Assembly: GCA_003971905.1 (NCBI GenBank)
Contig: RSEE01000016.1
Coordinates: 868,001-910,693 of the forward strand
DNA: 42,693 nucleotides
Source of the DNA: Moniliella sp. 'wahieum'
Taxonomy: Eukaryota
Direction: 5' to 3'
This document shows, piece by piece, positions 1-13,656 of this stretch. The position numbers were made by a program, and so were the translations under genes. Within the stretch, counting starts at the first letter, position 1. Every line of letters begins with the position of its first letter. The notes under the pieces were generated by a model. The model saw only the letters and a list, made by a program, of their open reading frames with translations. It did not search any database and was not told the DNA's origin.

Positions 1-92
1 GTGCGGGATGCTCCGATCAGCGGTCGGCCCCACTGGCTGAGCTGTCTGCTGCGCGGCCTGCTCGCCTGCTATGCCTGGCCGGTGGGCTCGCG

Positions 93-3000
93 GTGCTGCG
101 GGCCTTCGCCCCGCTGCGGTCCAGCGTCCCCACCATCCGCCTGCTCCTTCTCGCCTCACATGCCCCAGGCACTGCGGCCGAGCGGCGGATCCGTCTGCCT
201 GCTGCGCCCTCCTCTGCTTCCGCCTCTGCCGCTGCTTCTGCTTCCGCCTCTGCCTCCTCCTCGCCCGCCTCCTCAGCCCTGGGCGGCTCCCTGGTTGCCC
301 ACCTGCGCCGCTCCACCCGCCTCCACCCCAAACCCTCCGCCCCCTGTCTGCCTCGCCGCTGCGACTGCCTCGGGGCCTGCAGCCGCTCTGCACGCACTGC
401 CCCCGCGGCCCCCGCCTCGCTCGCCCCGCCCTCGGCCCAGTTCGACTCCCTCTACACCCCGTCCCCCTCCATCTCCCACTGGCAGCTGCCTCCCTCAGCC
501 CCGACGCGACCCGCCTCTCTTGTCCCACCCCGACCCCGGCGCCACCACCCTCACGCCGCCCCTCTTTCCGACCACGCGTCTCTCAACAGCAGCCACAGCC
601 GCAGCCCTACCCCCAGCCCCCGCCTGCGCAGCAGCAAGCCTCGGCACCCTCCTCACCGCCACTTCCTCCGCTACCAACCTCGTCGGTGGCCCCGCCGCCT
701 CCTCGCCTGCCTCCCCCAACCTCGCTGGATCTGTCTCCGCGACGGCGCCCTCGCCGACCGATCTGCTCCCCCTCTGACCGCCCATCACCACCAAAAGTCC
801 CGCTCCACCTCCACCGGCCCAGCGGGGACGTGCGCTTCCCCATCTCCCTCTTGCGTTCTCCGCTGTCACCCCCCATTGGACGACAGGATGCCGGGTTCGC
901 TCATGCATGCGCCCGCGACAGCGCCTTCTTCTCCCTCCGTTGCTCCTGCCCCGTCTTCGTCCCCAGCCGCGCCTCTTGCCGTTCCGCCCTCCACCTCGTC
1001 CGATCCATCGTCATCATCTCCTCGGCTACCCCCACTCCGGCTACCTCCCAAACTCCAAGTGTTGTTCTCTCCGATGAACCGCCCTGGGATCGGCACCCCT
1101 GCCCGCATCGGCACGACGCACTGCAGGCGGGAGCGTTCCGCCTTCCTCCTATTCACCCGCTTGCCACTCCTCTTGCAGGCTCGGTTTCCTCGGGAACACC
1201 CAGCTTCTACTCTGTCCCACCAGCAAGCGCTGTATCTCACACCACCCTCTTCTGACCTCTCTGAACCAACCGGGTCGATTGTGGCGCAGGCGCCACTGGC
1301 CGTATCTGGCATGGTGCCCCAGCCCAACTCGGACCCGGGTGAGACGGCTGGCTCAGTTGCCCGCCTCCCGGCAGCCCCGTTTTTTGCCTCTTACCCATAG
1401 CAGCCCGCGCCCACTCCACCATGCGCATTCAGCCTCAACTGTCTTGGCGCTTTCGCAAGACGATACAATTCTGACCACGACACGGTCCCCATCACCGGTT
1501 CCTCCACATCAGCTTTTGCTGGTCCGAACAGCGCTGCGCACATGCGCACCTCCTCCAATGCCACCTCCATCACTTCGTCCAGCACATCCAAGGGCGCTTC
1601 GCTTGTCGGCGCGCTGGTGCGGTTTAGTGTCGACTCGACCACCCTCTCTGCCCGCCTACGATCCGTTTCCGCTTCCGACGATCGGGCGGAACGTTTGGAC
1701 CGATTGGAGCGCCCCATTACTGCTGCTTCGGTTCGCCAACCTTATCCCAGCCCCAGCTCGGGCCCCAATTTGACCCTGGAAGAATCCAGGGCGGTCCCGC
1801 ATCTGTCCGAACCAGCCGACTTGTCAAGGCAATCCTTGGACGTACATGGACCGCGCTTCCATCCCCATGGCCGCGTAAGCGCAGAGACGTTTCAGCAATT
1901 GTGCGAGCTTGAGGTGCGTATTGTTTTTCCGTCTGATGTGATGGCGAACCTAACCCATTCTTTTGCCCCTTTTTTAGTTTGGCATTGCGCTGTTGGTGGA
2001 CCGGGCAAAGGATAGTGTGGCTGCGGCACAGGAGATGGCCACCTTTTTAGGCGGCGTGCTCAGTTGGAAGACGAATTTTCGCGTGGCCTTGCGCGGGCAG
2101 CCAAGGCATCCGGCGAGACACTCTCCGCGCTGCTTGGGACGCGCAGCAGGCGAAAAGAGGAGCCTTCGTTGTTGGGGTGTTTGCGGCGCACGACCGTTGC
2201 CTCTGCGCGCGCCCACACGGCACGGCAGGTCCTTTCCTTCGCTGAGCGCCTGGCCAACGTTGCCCGCGACGGCGATCGGAAGGCCAAATTGCTACGCGAG
2301 ACGAATTGCAAACACGAACGACATCTTGCCGATGCCGAGACGGCAGCGGAGAAGGCGCGTGCGCGCTTGGATCAGCTGGCCGAGGAGTACGAGCGGTTGA
2401 GGTTGCTGCTGGTCCCGAGGGGCGTTCGTCGCCTTTCGAGGGAGAAGACGGATCCCTTGCCCCGTACGATACCACTTCTTCAGCTTCGGGCGCAAGTCAG
2501 CACTCGCGGGACAGCGAGTCGGCCTCCGAAAAAGCTGGCTACGCGCAACCTGTTTGGGTCCAAATCCCGTTCCCTCGCCCAGCTGGCCAAGCAGCACGAC
2601 GAGCTGCGGGGCAAATTGCGCAGTGCGAGTGAGGTAGCGGAGCGCGAGGCGCGCACCGAACGTGACCTGAAGCAGACGTACTTTGACGTGCACCTTCCCC
2701 AGCTCGTCATGGCGCTGTTGGATGCGACGGATCAAGTGGATCACGGGGTCCGCGAGGCTCTCTCGTCCTATGCTCAGTGTCTGGCACAGCAAGCCCAGAA
2801 CGAGCCCATCAAGCCGACGGCAGCCAACCGTTCGCTTTGCCTGCCCTGCTCCAGAAGTGGGAAGAGACCATGGACGTACAGGCTTACTTGGCGCATTGGC
2901 AGCCGCCTCCTACACCAGGGAGGAAAGAGCCACGTCGAAAGATGAAATTGTCCACTGTGTCCCATGCCCTACCTCGGCGCCGGCAGGGCCAGGAGTGGGA

Positions 3001-3744
3001 GGATGAGCCGACGATGCGAACCCGTCTGTTTGGGCGCCACGCTGCCACACCAGCCTCGGCGCCAGCAGGACCTGTCAATGGGGCTGCCGGGCCAGAGCAA
3101 GCCGTGTTTGGGGTGGATCTGACCCAACTCATGCTGCGGGACGGGGTGGATGTACCCCTGTTCTGGCTCTTTGCATCACGATCGAGAAACGCGGCTTGTC
3201 AGTGCAAGGCTTGTACCGGCAAAGCGGGGCGGGATCCCGTGTGACTTCGATCAAAAAGGCGTTCGATACGGATCTTGCGCTCGCCTCCCGTCTGCTCGCC
3301 GTGGAAGCCGAGACGGACGTGCACACCATCACATCGGTACTCAAGTTGTGGCTACGGGAACTGCCAGAGCCCCTGATTCCTCACCACCTGTATCAAGGGT
3401 TATCGATGCTGCGCGCATCCCCAACCCACGTCTGCTTACATCCGCATCCACGAGCGCGTCAACGAACTTCCCGACGCGCACTATGCCACGCTTAAAGTTC
3501 TTATGGCCCACCTGCCCTTGTTGCCCAACACGCCGAAACCAATCAGATGACCCCGTCCAACTTGGCAATCGTCTGGGGCCCCACCCTGTGCCGTCCCTGG
3601 GTCGAAGGCGATAGCCCCGAAGCCCTTGCGGCTCACCACCTCGACCGTCTCTCGGAGACGCCCCTGCAAAACCGGGCGGTGGAGACCATTGTTGAATTTT
3701 TCAAGGACATCTTTGTTCACGACGAAGACGAAGAGACGGCCTAG
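93..3744 (+). CDS. RGD1: Rgd1-like F-BAR (FCH) + RhoGAP protein with a long S/P/A-rich N-terminus; start uncertain, several frameshifts, intron 1914-1977
   Basis: Splicing GTGCGT(1914)...CTAAC...TAG(1977) gives QLCELE|FGIALLVDRAKDSVAAAQEMATFL. A coiled coil follows (ERHLADAETAAEKARARLDQLAEEYERLR), then RhoGAP motifs VFGVDL, VQGLYRQSG (arginine finger), TSVLKLWLRELPEPLIP and MTPSNLAIVWGPTL. Stop at 3744. Confidence 0.85.
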
Positions 3745-6700
3745 CTATGCGATGAAACCAAGACCGGAACGAATGCTGGAAGCAGTTAGCAGTTCGTTCC
3801 CTATTGTGATTTCTCTTTTTTTCATTGCGTGTGTCGTCTTGGAAGCTCTCGCGTACTGCGCTTCCCTCGTTCTTTGACTTGCTCCATCGTCCACTTTTTT
3901 GTCTGTGTTACTTATTCCCCCTTTTGGTGGCCGCTGGCCTTTGGACTGGCTCGCCCAGCCTGCTTCTTGACCCATACGGGTTCCCTGGATCACACTTTTT
4001 ACTTCGGATCGGGTTTTGGTGATAAAAAAAAACTCAAAAGCCTCCATGGAACATATGCCCCCCTCCCCTCCGCCCCTTGGCACCTACCCCCTCCATGCCT
4101 ACTTAGAAAGACCCACTGTGCTATGGACTGCTACCTCTCCTAATCCCCTCGTACTCTTTCGGTCTGTGCCCAGGCGTAGCTCAGTGCTAGTGATACACGA
4201 TGCAGTCTTATTTTGTGCCACGTGCTGCAACCAGGCAGACATGCGGGCATATCTGAGTTCCCGACAAGGGTAGGCACTATCGTCGCGGGACATGAAAACC
4301 CACTCCGCTGTACAGCGTCCGACCGGGACAGGCCCCTGCTCAGCACACTAAGCTCATCCCATTCTCAGCGTGTCCAAGCTGGATGGACGGATAGTATTCC
4401 ACGGGGCGCCAGTGGCCCGGGGACACGAATTCAAAGGGCTTCTGCCAATTCGTGGGCTTTGGTATGCTGCCGCGTCCCCGCGCTGTCGCAGGCCATAGTC
4501 TCTTGGCTCTTGCCCCCCCCTCCTCAAACCAACCAGACCGACCCAAACAGCAGACCAGCCCAACCGGGGAAAGAAAGTGACGGGATCCATCGCACATGAA
4601 GCGCATGCAGGCCACGGAGGCAGAAAAAAGACCGAGGGGGGAGGCAGACAGCGCGTCGTCTCCCAGGGAGCTGGGTCCAGTCTGCCCTGAAGATAGCCTT
4701 GGCGCACTTGCACTGCGTGTACGTGCGATTAAGTCAGTGCTTTATCATCGAATCATCGATCATCGATTAGAGGCAAGGCACGGACTGGCAAGCTAGGCGC
4801 TAGGCAGAGCCAAAAGTTCCCCTGCATGGAATCGACGCGTGACGCGGTTCGTTGACGGCTGACGCTCGTTGGCAGTAGCTAGTAGTGTTGGAAGAAGGGT
4901 TCCGCTCGCTGGCTGCGCCCTGCTCACCCCCCTGTTGCCCCATCTGGCCTTTCGTGTTTGGGTCTCGTGTCTCTTGTCTCTTTCCCTTCGTCTGTCTATG
5001 GTCCAGCAAGTTGCCTACCAACCAGGCGATGTCACGGGCTGGCGGCGACACGAGATGGTCCGACCCAAGCTAAGGCCCGCCTGCTCCGCACATGCCCAGT
5101 AGAGCGTGCTCCGCAGGCCAACCAAGTGTGATGATGGTTGGCTAAATCAAGTATCGTGGCCGAAGGGCCATGCTCCGCGCGACAATAGTCGCCCCCCCAA
5201 GTCCAAGTCGGCCGGCCTAAATAAGGCACCGAGCTTCCAGTGCCGTGGCGGCATCTGCCGTCCCGTCCCCGTTTCCGTTCCTTTCTCTGTCGCGCCTGCG
5301 GCGACCAACCCCGCTTTTGACATGTCTCCTTTCTACACCCCCTCTTGTATCCGTTTCCCTTTTGATCCTGCCTGTACCCCTGGTTGATGGGGATCTTTTC
5401 CCCACCTTCCATTCTCGTCCCCACTCTCGTCATCTCTCGTCTCCACCTTCGTCCCTTTCCCGCCTATCCTGTCCGACTCCTGCCCGTTTCCAGCCAATTG
5501 ATCCAGTACAGGCAGCTCTTCTTGTTAGCGTCCGACTTCTCCTCCGACCTCGTCCTCCAGCCCTTCGTCAACCCCATCGCGCGAGCCCTCCTTTGGCCGC
5601 GGCGATTCCAGTCTCAGTTAAGGCAGTGTTTGTCCGCCGCTGCCTCCTCCCGTCCCTAAGTCCCGAGGCTTCAGACACGTTACTACGGCCAAGCCGGTGC
5701 AGACGCAGCCTTGCCACACGTGCAGCCGCCCCACCAAAGGCCTCCCCTCGTCCCTAGCTCCGCATCGGATACACCAACCAGCCCAAGCCCGAAACTACCG
5801 TGAGTCGTCCTTCCGTCTCCTAAGGGATTGTACCCCAAAAACCCCAGGCGGGCCCCTGGCGGCGCCCGCCCGTGACAGGCGAGCTCTTCTGATATGGGTT
5901 TGCTGTCGGTCAGCACGTTTCAGTGCGTCAGCGTTCAGCCCGATCGTAGTCACACGGCACGTAGCATGTCACGCGTCACGTGTCACGCGTCACAAGCACT
6001 GATCACCGATCGGTGCGCTCAGCCAGCGCTGCCCCCACGCCATGACGCGTGACGTGTGACGCTTTTGAAGGAGCGCGGAGCGCTCACTGCATGCGCTCCC
6101 ATGTAACAAGTGTGCAACAAACAGGTATCATATAACTGCCAGACCCGGTGGCTTGAGTGGGCAATGAGCTTGCCGCGGCTTCGCGCGGGGGGCGAAAGAC
6201 TTGTATCTGGCAATCGGTATCATTAATCAGTACTCAGTAAGGCCCATCGCAGACTGTGATGATTAATGAACCCCTCTCCGATCTCCAGCTAGCTTGAAGA
6301 GCTTGAAGTGCTTGGGGCCTGAGGATCAGGCCTGAGGGCCTGAGTATCCTAAGTTCAAGCTTGAAGCCAAGCTTGAGCTTGCTCCTCCTTGCTTCTGCGG
6401 GTCGGTACAGATCGGCACCCTGCAAAGGGTCTACGGGCGGAGCGCCAGGTCGGGGTACCCTGCGCTTCGGGAGCCAGTATAACATGCATCACTCAATACT
6501 TCGATCATCGACAATCAGTACGAAGTTGACAAACAAACGCGCTGGAGAAGGTATTGCCAGGTTATGGTATGCCCGACGCAGAGGGGAACAGCGTTTGGCC
6601 GGCCAGGACGTTAAAACGTGAGTTGAACGTTGAACGTTGAACGTTGAACGTCGACCTCAAAGGCTGGTCAGTTGAGCGGGGCGTCCGGCCCCTCTCTCAG

Positions 6701-8648
6701 ATCTCAGGCGGTCTCAGACCTCAGGCAGCATACGATCAGAGACAAATGCCTAGTATGGATTTCCAACGATTGCATTTTCTCTGAGATCTGATGTCCTATG
6801 GGATGCTAACGATTCAATTTCCTCTTCTGATGCCATATGCGACAGCAGGCGACAACATGCGACCACGCCCGTATAAAGTGTGTCGGGCGGGAGCTTTTTT
6901 CCGATAAAATCGAAAGTCAATTCCCCTTCTGCGCGTTCAACGTGTTCAACGGTTCATGCATCATGCATCATGACATGTGACATCAAGACATTCATGTGCA
7001 TGATTATCGATCTCGATTATCAATTATCAACGATCAAGGTATGAAGACATGAAGATGGCCAACGCGCCAACGCAGCGCTCCACCAGCTGTCTATGTTGTC
7101 CTGTCCTGTCGAGAGAAAGAGCAATTGGTATCATGCATGCATCACGGGCAGATCCAGGCCCCACAGGGCCTCAGGGCAGCCTTCTTCAGAGAGAAAGGCT
7201 GTTTATTATGGCATACTGTTGACTGCACTAGCTCTGTACTCAGACTGACTACTGAGCGCGTACATTCAGGGCTCAGGCTGAGCCTTACAGCGCTGAGCGC
7301 TCCGTGAGCCTAAGCCACTCTTGCCTCAGCCACTTGTGCCTCAGCCAGAGCGCCCGAGCAGCGCTGAGCCACAACAATAATTCACTGGGAGGGCCCAGCG
7401 CCAGCGCCGCCAACGCCAATCGCCCATCGCCCATCGCCCATCGGCAGACCAGTCAAATCCTAATAGTCAGAGTATGATCAGTACATCAGTGCATCATGCA
7501 TCAGGTGATACCTAGTGAAACATGGCGGCGGTGGGGCCGGTGGCGCTTCCAGCTTCCCGCTTCCAGACAGGCCATGAAGTTGGGTTAGGGGTTCTCGGTT
7601 CTGAAGCAGCTGAGCTTGACTTGAAGCTTCAAGCTTCAAGTCTGCCGAAGCGCTGAAGACCTACAGCCTAAAAAGGAACGATAGAATACGGCCGCGACAA
7701 CTGGGTTTCAGTAGTTGCACAATGCCACAAACCCAATAGGCAAACCCAACCATCGCACACTATATCGACAAACCGTCATCAACAAATCTGTCGTTTCCCC
7801 CCCCAAATGCCTAGATTGCCTGGATTGGCTGCTACAGCAAAAGGCTCACGGTTGTTTGGCATAACCTCTAGGATACAACCTGTAACAGCCTATCGCGTAA
7901 TAATGAGCAACAAGGGGTGACGGTACCATGTAATAGCATGTCACCGATCATCTACATGAAACGCGAAATCTCTCTCTTCCCAATACGCAATGCTCAAAGC
8001 ACTGTACCGCCCTTTATCTCTGTGAGAGTCTGCGCCGCACGGGTGAACGAGAGCGCTGCCCCCAATCTGTAGGCGAAGACCTGATGTCCAGATACACCCG
8101 TTGGACCGTCTGCAAGCCACACGAAACCCTGTGTACTCCTCACTTCAACCTCGCCCTACGTAACCACAAGGATGGTCGAGATAGTTGAACGTTGATGGCT
8201 ACAGTGTGATCGATGATATCAGCGGCAGCTGCCTCAGCGTCTCAGCGCCACCCGACCCAATGGTCATCCTCTTCAGTGACTGCGTACTCACTACACCATG
8301 TCAGAGTACCGATCGTGCTGATCTGTGTGAGTTGAGATGAGATCTCTGAGAGGCGAGGCGATGGAAGCAGTGGTCCAGCTTCAAGCACAAACGCGCGTGC
8401 TCCTCTCGCTACCGTCGCCTCGAGTCTGGTACTGGCTGGTCCCAATCCCAGTCCCGTCCAGTTCTAGTCCCAGTTCTCCTCCCAGTGCCAACCAGCATCG
8501 TCCCACCACTTCCAATCTCTCTTCAAGCTTCATCCTCACCACCAGTGTCTTCTCGTTCGCTTTCTTTTCTCGCAATCGCCTAGTCGCAGCCTTCTCCTGT
8601 GAAGACTGTGCCATATCCTTTTGTTCACCATCCCCATCCTATTGAAGA

Positions 8649-10445
8649 ATGGCGTCTGCACTTGACGCGTCTGTGACACTATCGATGCCCTCTCTGTCTC
8701 CCATGGCGGCTGCTCCGGCGGCAATCGGTGCTGGAGCGGCAGATTACACCGTTCATCGCGACTCCGCAAGCACCATCAACCGTGCGCCACGTTCTCCACA
8801 TTCTGATGTGATCTCTGCTACCTCAGGCGGTCGTAGTACCAATGTCGCGCCTGCATTTTCCTTGGGTGTTGGCTTCTCGTGGGGGGGGCAGGACGGGTCC
8901 CAGGCCAACGGACCCCCCGCCTTGCACGCTCCTCCTACTGTGACGGATGCAGTCGCACGCAAGTCCCAGCCACCACCTCTCCTCTCTCCTTGACGAGGAG
9001 GAGGAGGAAAAGAGGAGCATTTGAACCCTGGGGTTCTACTATGTGCATGACGCCCTGGCCCCCGTTGGTGGGTGAGCGCCTGCATCACTCTCTTCCCTAT
9101 GCCCCTGATTCGGCTCCGGTCACCTCTTGTTCCACCTTCCAACCTGCCTCAAGTCCTTGTTCTCCCACATGGCTCCCCTCTCGGCCCCCGCAGGATCCAT
9201 GGGGTTTCACGCCGATTCTCCCGCAAGGCTACGAATCCTCATTGCCGCCGCCGAACCAGCCGAAAGAAGCGGTTCCGGGCGTCCGACGTGCCATCTCGCT
9301 TAATACCCTTTCTACCCCATCCTCTGGCCATCAAGATTCTGCTCCCGAGCAGAAGCATGCCATCAAGTCGGATCCGATTCAGATCCCTTCAGAAAGCCTT
9401 GGAAATCCATCCCCACCCACCCATGGCTCGGCAGTCCCCCTCGCCAATGACTCCATCCCCCCAATGAAGATGCCAAAGCCAGTGGCAGTGCACCCAACAA
9501 GGGCGGGGAAAAGGACCAGGAAAGGGAAGAAAGGACTTTAAAGGCCTTCCTCGTTCTTTCGCTTGCTCCGTCTGCGGCACCGCCTTTGCACGCAACCACG
9601 ACCTGAGGAGGTACGTTTCCATCCCCTTTCTTTTCTTTCCCTTTTTCTCCCAAGCTGATTCCCTCGATACCTTTCTCTCTCTTTTCCCAGGCATACTTTC
9701 ATCCACATGCAGGACAAGCCACACAAGTGCCCTCACTGCCAGAAACAGTTCTCCCGCAAGGACGCCCTCAACCGCCACTTGTCGGTCAAGACTGGGTGCC
9801 AGTTCGCCGCCGCGCTCACAGGTTGGGCCTGGGGGGGGTGCAATCGCCGTCGGCCCCGTTCCCTCCAACCCACGCTGTTGATGGGCTTTATCCTCCTCCG
9901 ACTGGTCCCATGGAATACCAGCCTTACCCCGTCGGGCTGGAATCGAACAGTGTACTGCCCCGTACCACTGAGGGTCCATTCGGGGTGCCCCTCGTCCCGC
10001 CGGGACAGATGTTGTACCCGGACTATTCACGCGGGAGCTACCCCGCTCCAGGGAAGATGATGGCGCCCGCCTACCCTTCCCATGGTTTCCTCTTCCCTCG
10101 GACACGGCCGCTCCGGCGCGCGGTAGAGCGGCAACAGTGTCGGGCTCAACGGGGGGAGTGTGGTCGTCGTCCATGGTGTCATCCCACCCAACTTCCTCCC
10201 AAGGTCCCAACCCCTACCCAGTCGGCTTCCTCCCGCTCCACGCCCCGCGCCTAGCTCCGATGACCCCCTTCCTCCGATGTGGCACTGAGTTTCTGAACCA
10301 GGGGGAAAAACGGCTCTTGAGTGCGTCCCTGGTACTTGGCGTTCTTGTCGCATTCTGCCTGCTGCATATAAACGCCAGCCTCGGGCGCTCTCTGCTGCTT
10401 CCACCCACCACGCATGGTATCATCCATCGGCGGGCTGCCTTCTAG
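8649..10445 (+). CDS. Two-finger C2H2 transcription factor, FlbC/Fle1-like; intron 9611-9690, frameshifts, 3' end approximate
   Basis: Splicing GTACGT(9611)...GCTGAT...CAG(9690) gives FACSVCGTAFARNHDLRRHTFIHMQDKPHKCPHCQKQFSRKDALNRHLSVKTGC. The RNHDL.RH and SRKDAL.RH..VK.GC recognition helices resemble the fungal FlbC family. Flanks are P/S-rich. Confidence 0.8.
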
Positions 10446-10785
10446 CCTTGCCGTCACTTGACGTGATGGGAAAGAATAGCCAGCCCAGACAGCAGCCCTC
10501 TCTCGCTTTCCCGTATGCCCTCTCCTTTTCTCACCACCACCCCTCCCCTTTCCCCGCTGCTTCGCTCGGCTTGATACTTGGACCAATACTCGCTGGCTGG
10601 TCTTTCTAGAGACTAGGTGTCTTACCGATCGTGTCCTTCTGCGTCGCTCCAGATCTATCAAGTCGAGCGTACGTCGCTTCCCGCGTTTCTTCCTCGCTTC
10701 CTCCTCGTTTCCTCCAATCTCTCGCTCCTCAATCATGGGCATTCGCCCCCCCACTACGCTCGAGCCCTGTGTATCGACTACCGAA

Positions 10786-11892
10786 ATGGGACACCAGAGT
10801 TCCCCGGCTCCATCCCGTCTTTAGCTTCCGCAGGAGACCCCGCCGTCCCTGCGACAGCGCCCCCTCAGTTTCGCTGGCTGCCGGCCCCGCCACCCCCAAG
10901 CCTCCCACTTCGGCCACCCCAGCCACTCCGTCCACCCCTACGCGCGAAAAAGGGACGCTGAGTGAGTCCAAGGGAGCCCGCACGCGTAGACGACTACCAA
11001 AGCAGGATCGTTCGGCCCTTTTGGCCGAGCTTGCCACCTCTAGCGATACCGATATCTTGGAATTGTGCCCGGCTCTTCGCCCCCGCTTCGACGATCTCAC
11101 GCAAAAGGTTGACGATCTCACGGAGAAGCTCGACGCCTCACAGGCCCCGGCGCTGCGCACCCCCAATTTCCCAACCTCCGGCCTCCCATTCCCAAATGGT
11201 CTGGTGATCCTCTGGAATTGAACATGTGGATCCGCATTGTTGAGATGCACATCCAGGACTTTGGATGGACCGAGAGGAACGCATGGTCCAAGATTGTGAC
11301 CTCCGACTCGTTGACTAAGATCGAACCGGTGTGGGAGTCCCTTATGGCCTCGGCAGAGGACGACGATATGACGTGGACTAACTTCAAGTCCTACCTCCTC
11401 GCCCGAGTCAACGTTGCCGACGCAGAGTACGCCCTCCGGTCCCGCCATAACGGCCAAATCTACCGTTCGGCCGCTCCGCGCGACCTGGTCAAATTGGTGC
11501 GGCGCCACGTGGTGCGCTTCCGCAAAAATCCTGAAATGCTCCGCCCGATCCTGGCGGGTGCCCTGACGGGTGTGCCACCCGGACATCGATCGTCGCTTCT
11601 GATCCATTACGTGGGCTCTTTGGATGCGGATGGCTTCCTTGTACACCTGCCACTTCTGATTAAAGAGGCCGAGGCGAACGGCCATACGTGGATTGATCGC
11701 GCCGTTGAGAGCGTAACCACGGCCCAATTCACTGTGACGCCAGTCGTAGCTGGGGAAGCTGAACCCAGTGTCATCGAGCGTAAGCCCCGCTCCAAAGTCT
11801 CGCACCAGCGCTCCCACAAGAAAAAAGGCGCTATGCCCCGAAAAAACTCAGGGACATCGTCCGTCTCAACGGCGGCAAGCAATTCGTCCTAG
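10786..11892 (+). mobile_element. Retrotransposon Gag/capsid-like ORF with no pol and no LTRs seen; both ends approximate
   Basis: Coiled coil FDDLTQKVDDLTEKLD, then after one frameshift near 11160: PQFPNLRPPIPKWSGDPLELNMWIRIVEMHIQDFGW...MTWTNFKSYLLARV. This fits the P.F.G.....W and W..FK..L capsid pattern of LTR-element Gag. Basic C-terminal tail. Confidence 0.55.
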
Positions 11893-13656
11893 AGAATGGC
11901 CGGTCGAAGCCTGTGCTTCGCCAATGGGCCCATGGCGGTGTCTCAGTCCCCCGATTGGACAGGACCTGGATTCCTGATGTTCCCAGATCGGCAAACCTTT
12001 CTGGCAGCCATTGTCGAGTCTACGGAGATCGCCCATGCAGGCCAACTCTGCGTCACTGAGCCCTCTCGTTGTGAGATGGTAGTGCGAAGGGTCCCTTGCA
12101 CTCTTCCAAATTTGTTTAATGGCGCTCGCTTAGTTTCGCGGATTCGTTCCGCGCGCAGGCTGTGTGCATCCCCTGTCTGCTTTGCTTGTTTCTTTTGTGC
12201 CTCCTTTCCCTCAGCATACTTGAAGGACAAGTGGATAACCATCCTTCCTTCTTGCACGTCTTGAAGGCGCACCCTGCTTTCTCTGTTCTTGTGTTATTCC
12301 TCGCAATGAAGCACATGCGTGAATAAGGCTGTCAGTCGCACACCCGTTCGGACCATTGAACCCATAGTGTGGATGATCTTGCGTCAGCCTTAAGCTTCAA
12401 GACGCTCTTATTCCTTGTTTGAGCGCAGATACGGCCAGACCTTCGCCATCCTGAAGTACACAAAGCGGTCCAGACGAGTTCCACATTCCATGTTCGAACG
12501 GCAGACGACAGTAGGTGTACCATGCATACCGCGCGCTCACTGAGCTTCAAGGCTCAAGCTCAAGTACCACCCTTCCGGATCTGAGCTGGTGTCGAACAGG
12601 GCCGTGTGAGCGCTGGTGACGCAGGCCGACACCGTTCTTTTCCGCGAGCTTCTCATCAATCTCACTGGCGTGCTCCACCAGCTCCGCCATCTTGATTGCG
12701 AATGCAAGAAACAGGCGGTTACCGGCAAGCGCTTATTCGGTGCCGGAGTCGATAATCGATAAGCGCCTGCGCGTATGCCGTGATCGATGATTAGATTGAT
12801 CGATGATCCATCAAGATTAGTGGTCACCGGTCACCGGTCACTAGGTCATGGTCAGCGCTGAGGCTCAGCGTTCAGCGAATGCGGTTCCGGCGATCGAGCC
12901 GGTGCAGTGCTGCTGCGTGCTGCTGCCAACAATTCCGGGCGTTCCGTTTCCCGCCAGTCGATGACGCGATTCTTGTCTGACGCGCTGACGCGAAACAACC
13001 TGTGGGTTTTGTGGTCGCGGATTCTTGCACCAATTTCGCGCCAGCCCGGCGGTTTTGCGGCTCGCATATCTCCCGCGACTCTCATGGGTTGCCCCTGTCA
13101 TCTCGCAGGGGTACTTAGATCTGCTTCTCTCTCTCGAGCGCTGTATCCGCTGTGCTTACATGGTATAGAGACTGTGTTGTCTCGGTTACGTTTTTGATAT
13201 AGTTGCCTCGCTACAGAGTTACATCGGGGCCCAGTCACGTCTCGAGACACGAAAGAAAATCGGACGAGTTATATTTGGGACATTCATGTGGCCAAGGTCT
13301 GTCGGGCGGGGTTCGGATGCTCATCTAGAGCATATCGTGGCGGCGAGAGCTTTGTCGTTTGACCCAATACGCCACCCAGATCTCTTTTGAGATGGTGATA
13401 ATAAGTTCTTTTCCCCTGGATGGGCGCCGATGGAAGGCGGCGGGGACGGGAGGGGAGGCTGGACAGTCGTGGGTGATAGTCGTGGATTGGAGGCCGAGAG
13501 GGGACGAACGGATACGAATGAGATGCGGTAACATTGGAAAGGGTCGTGCATAGGGGCGTCGAAAGAGGATATGGCGGTGCAGTCGCGCACCTGAGCGGTT
13601 GGGGGGGGGGGGATTCCGCGGGCGTAAAGATGGAGGGGATGCGTTCAAGATACGTC

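Noticed and set aside
6623..6650. Short tandem repeats as a CRISPR array or telomeric repeat
   Set aside because: The DNA is eukaryotic, there are no repeat-spacer units, and there is no (TTAGGG)n tract.
12547..12690. Small minus-strand ORF MAELVEHASEIDEKLAEKNG (about 47 aa)
   Set aside because: Reasonable start context but no recognisable homology or splice support; cannot be distinguished from chance.
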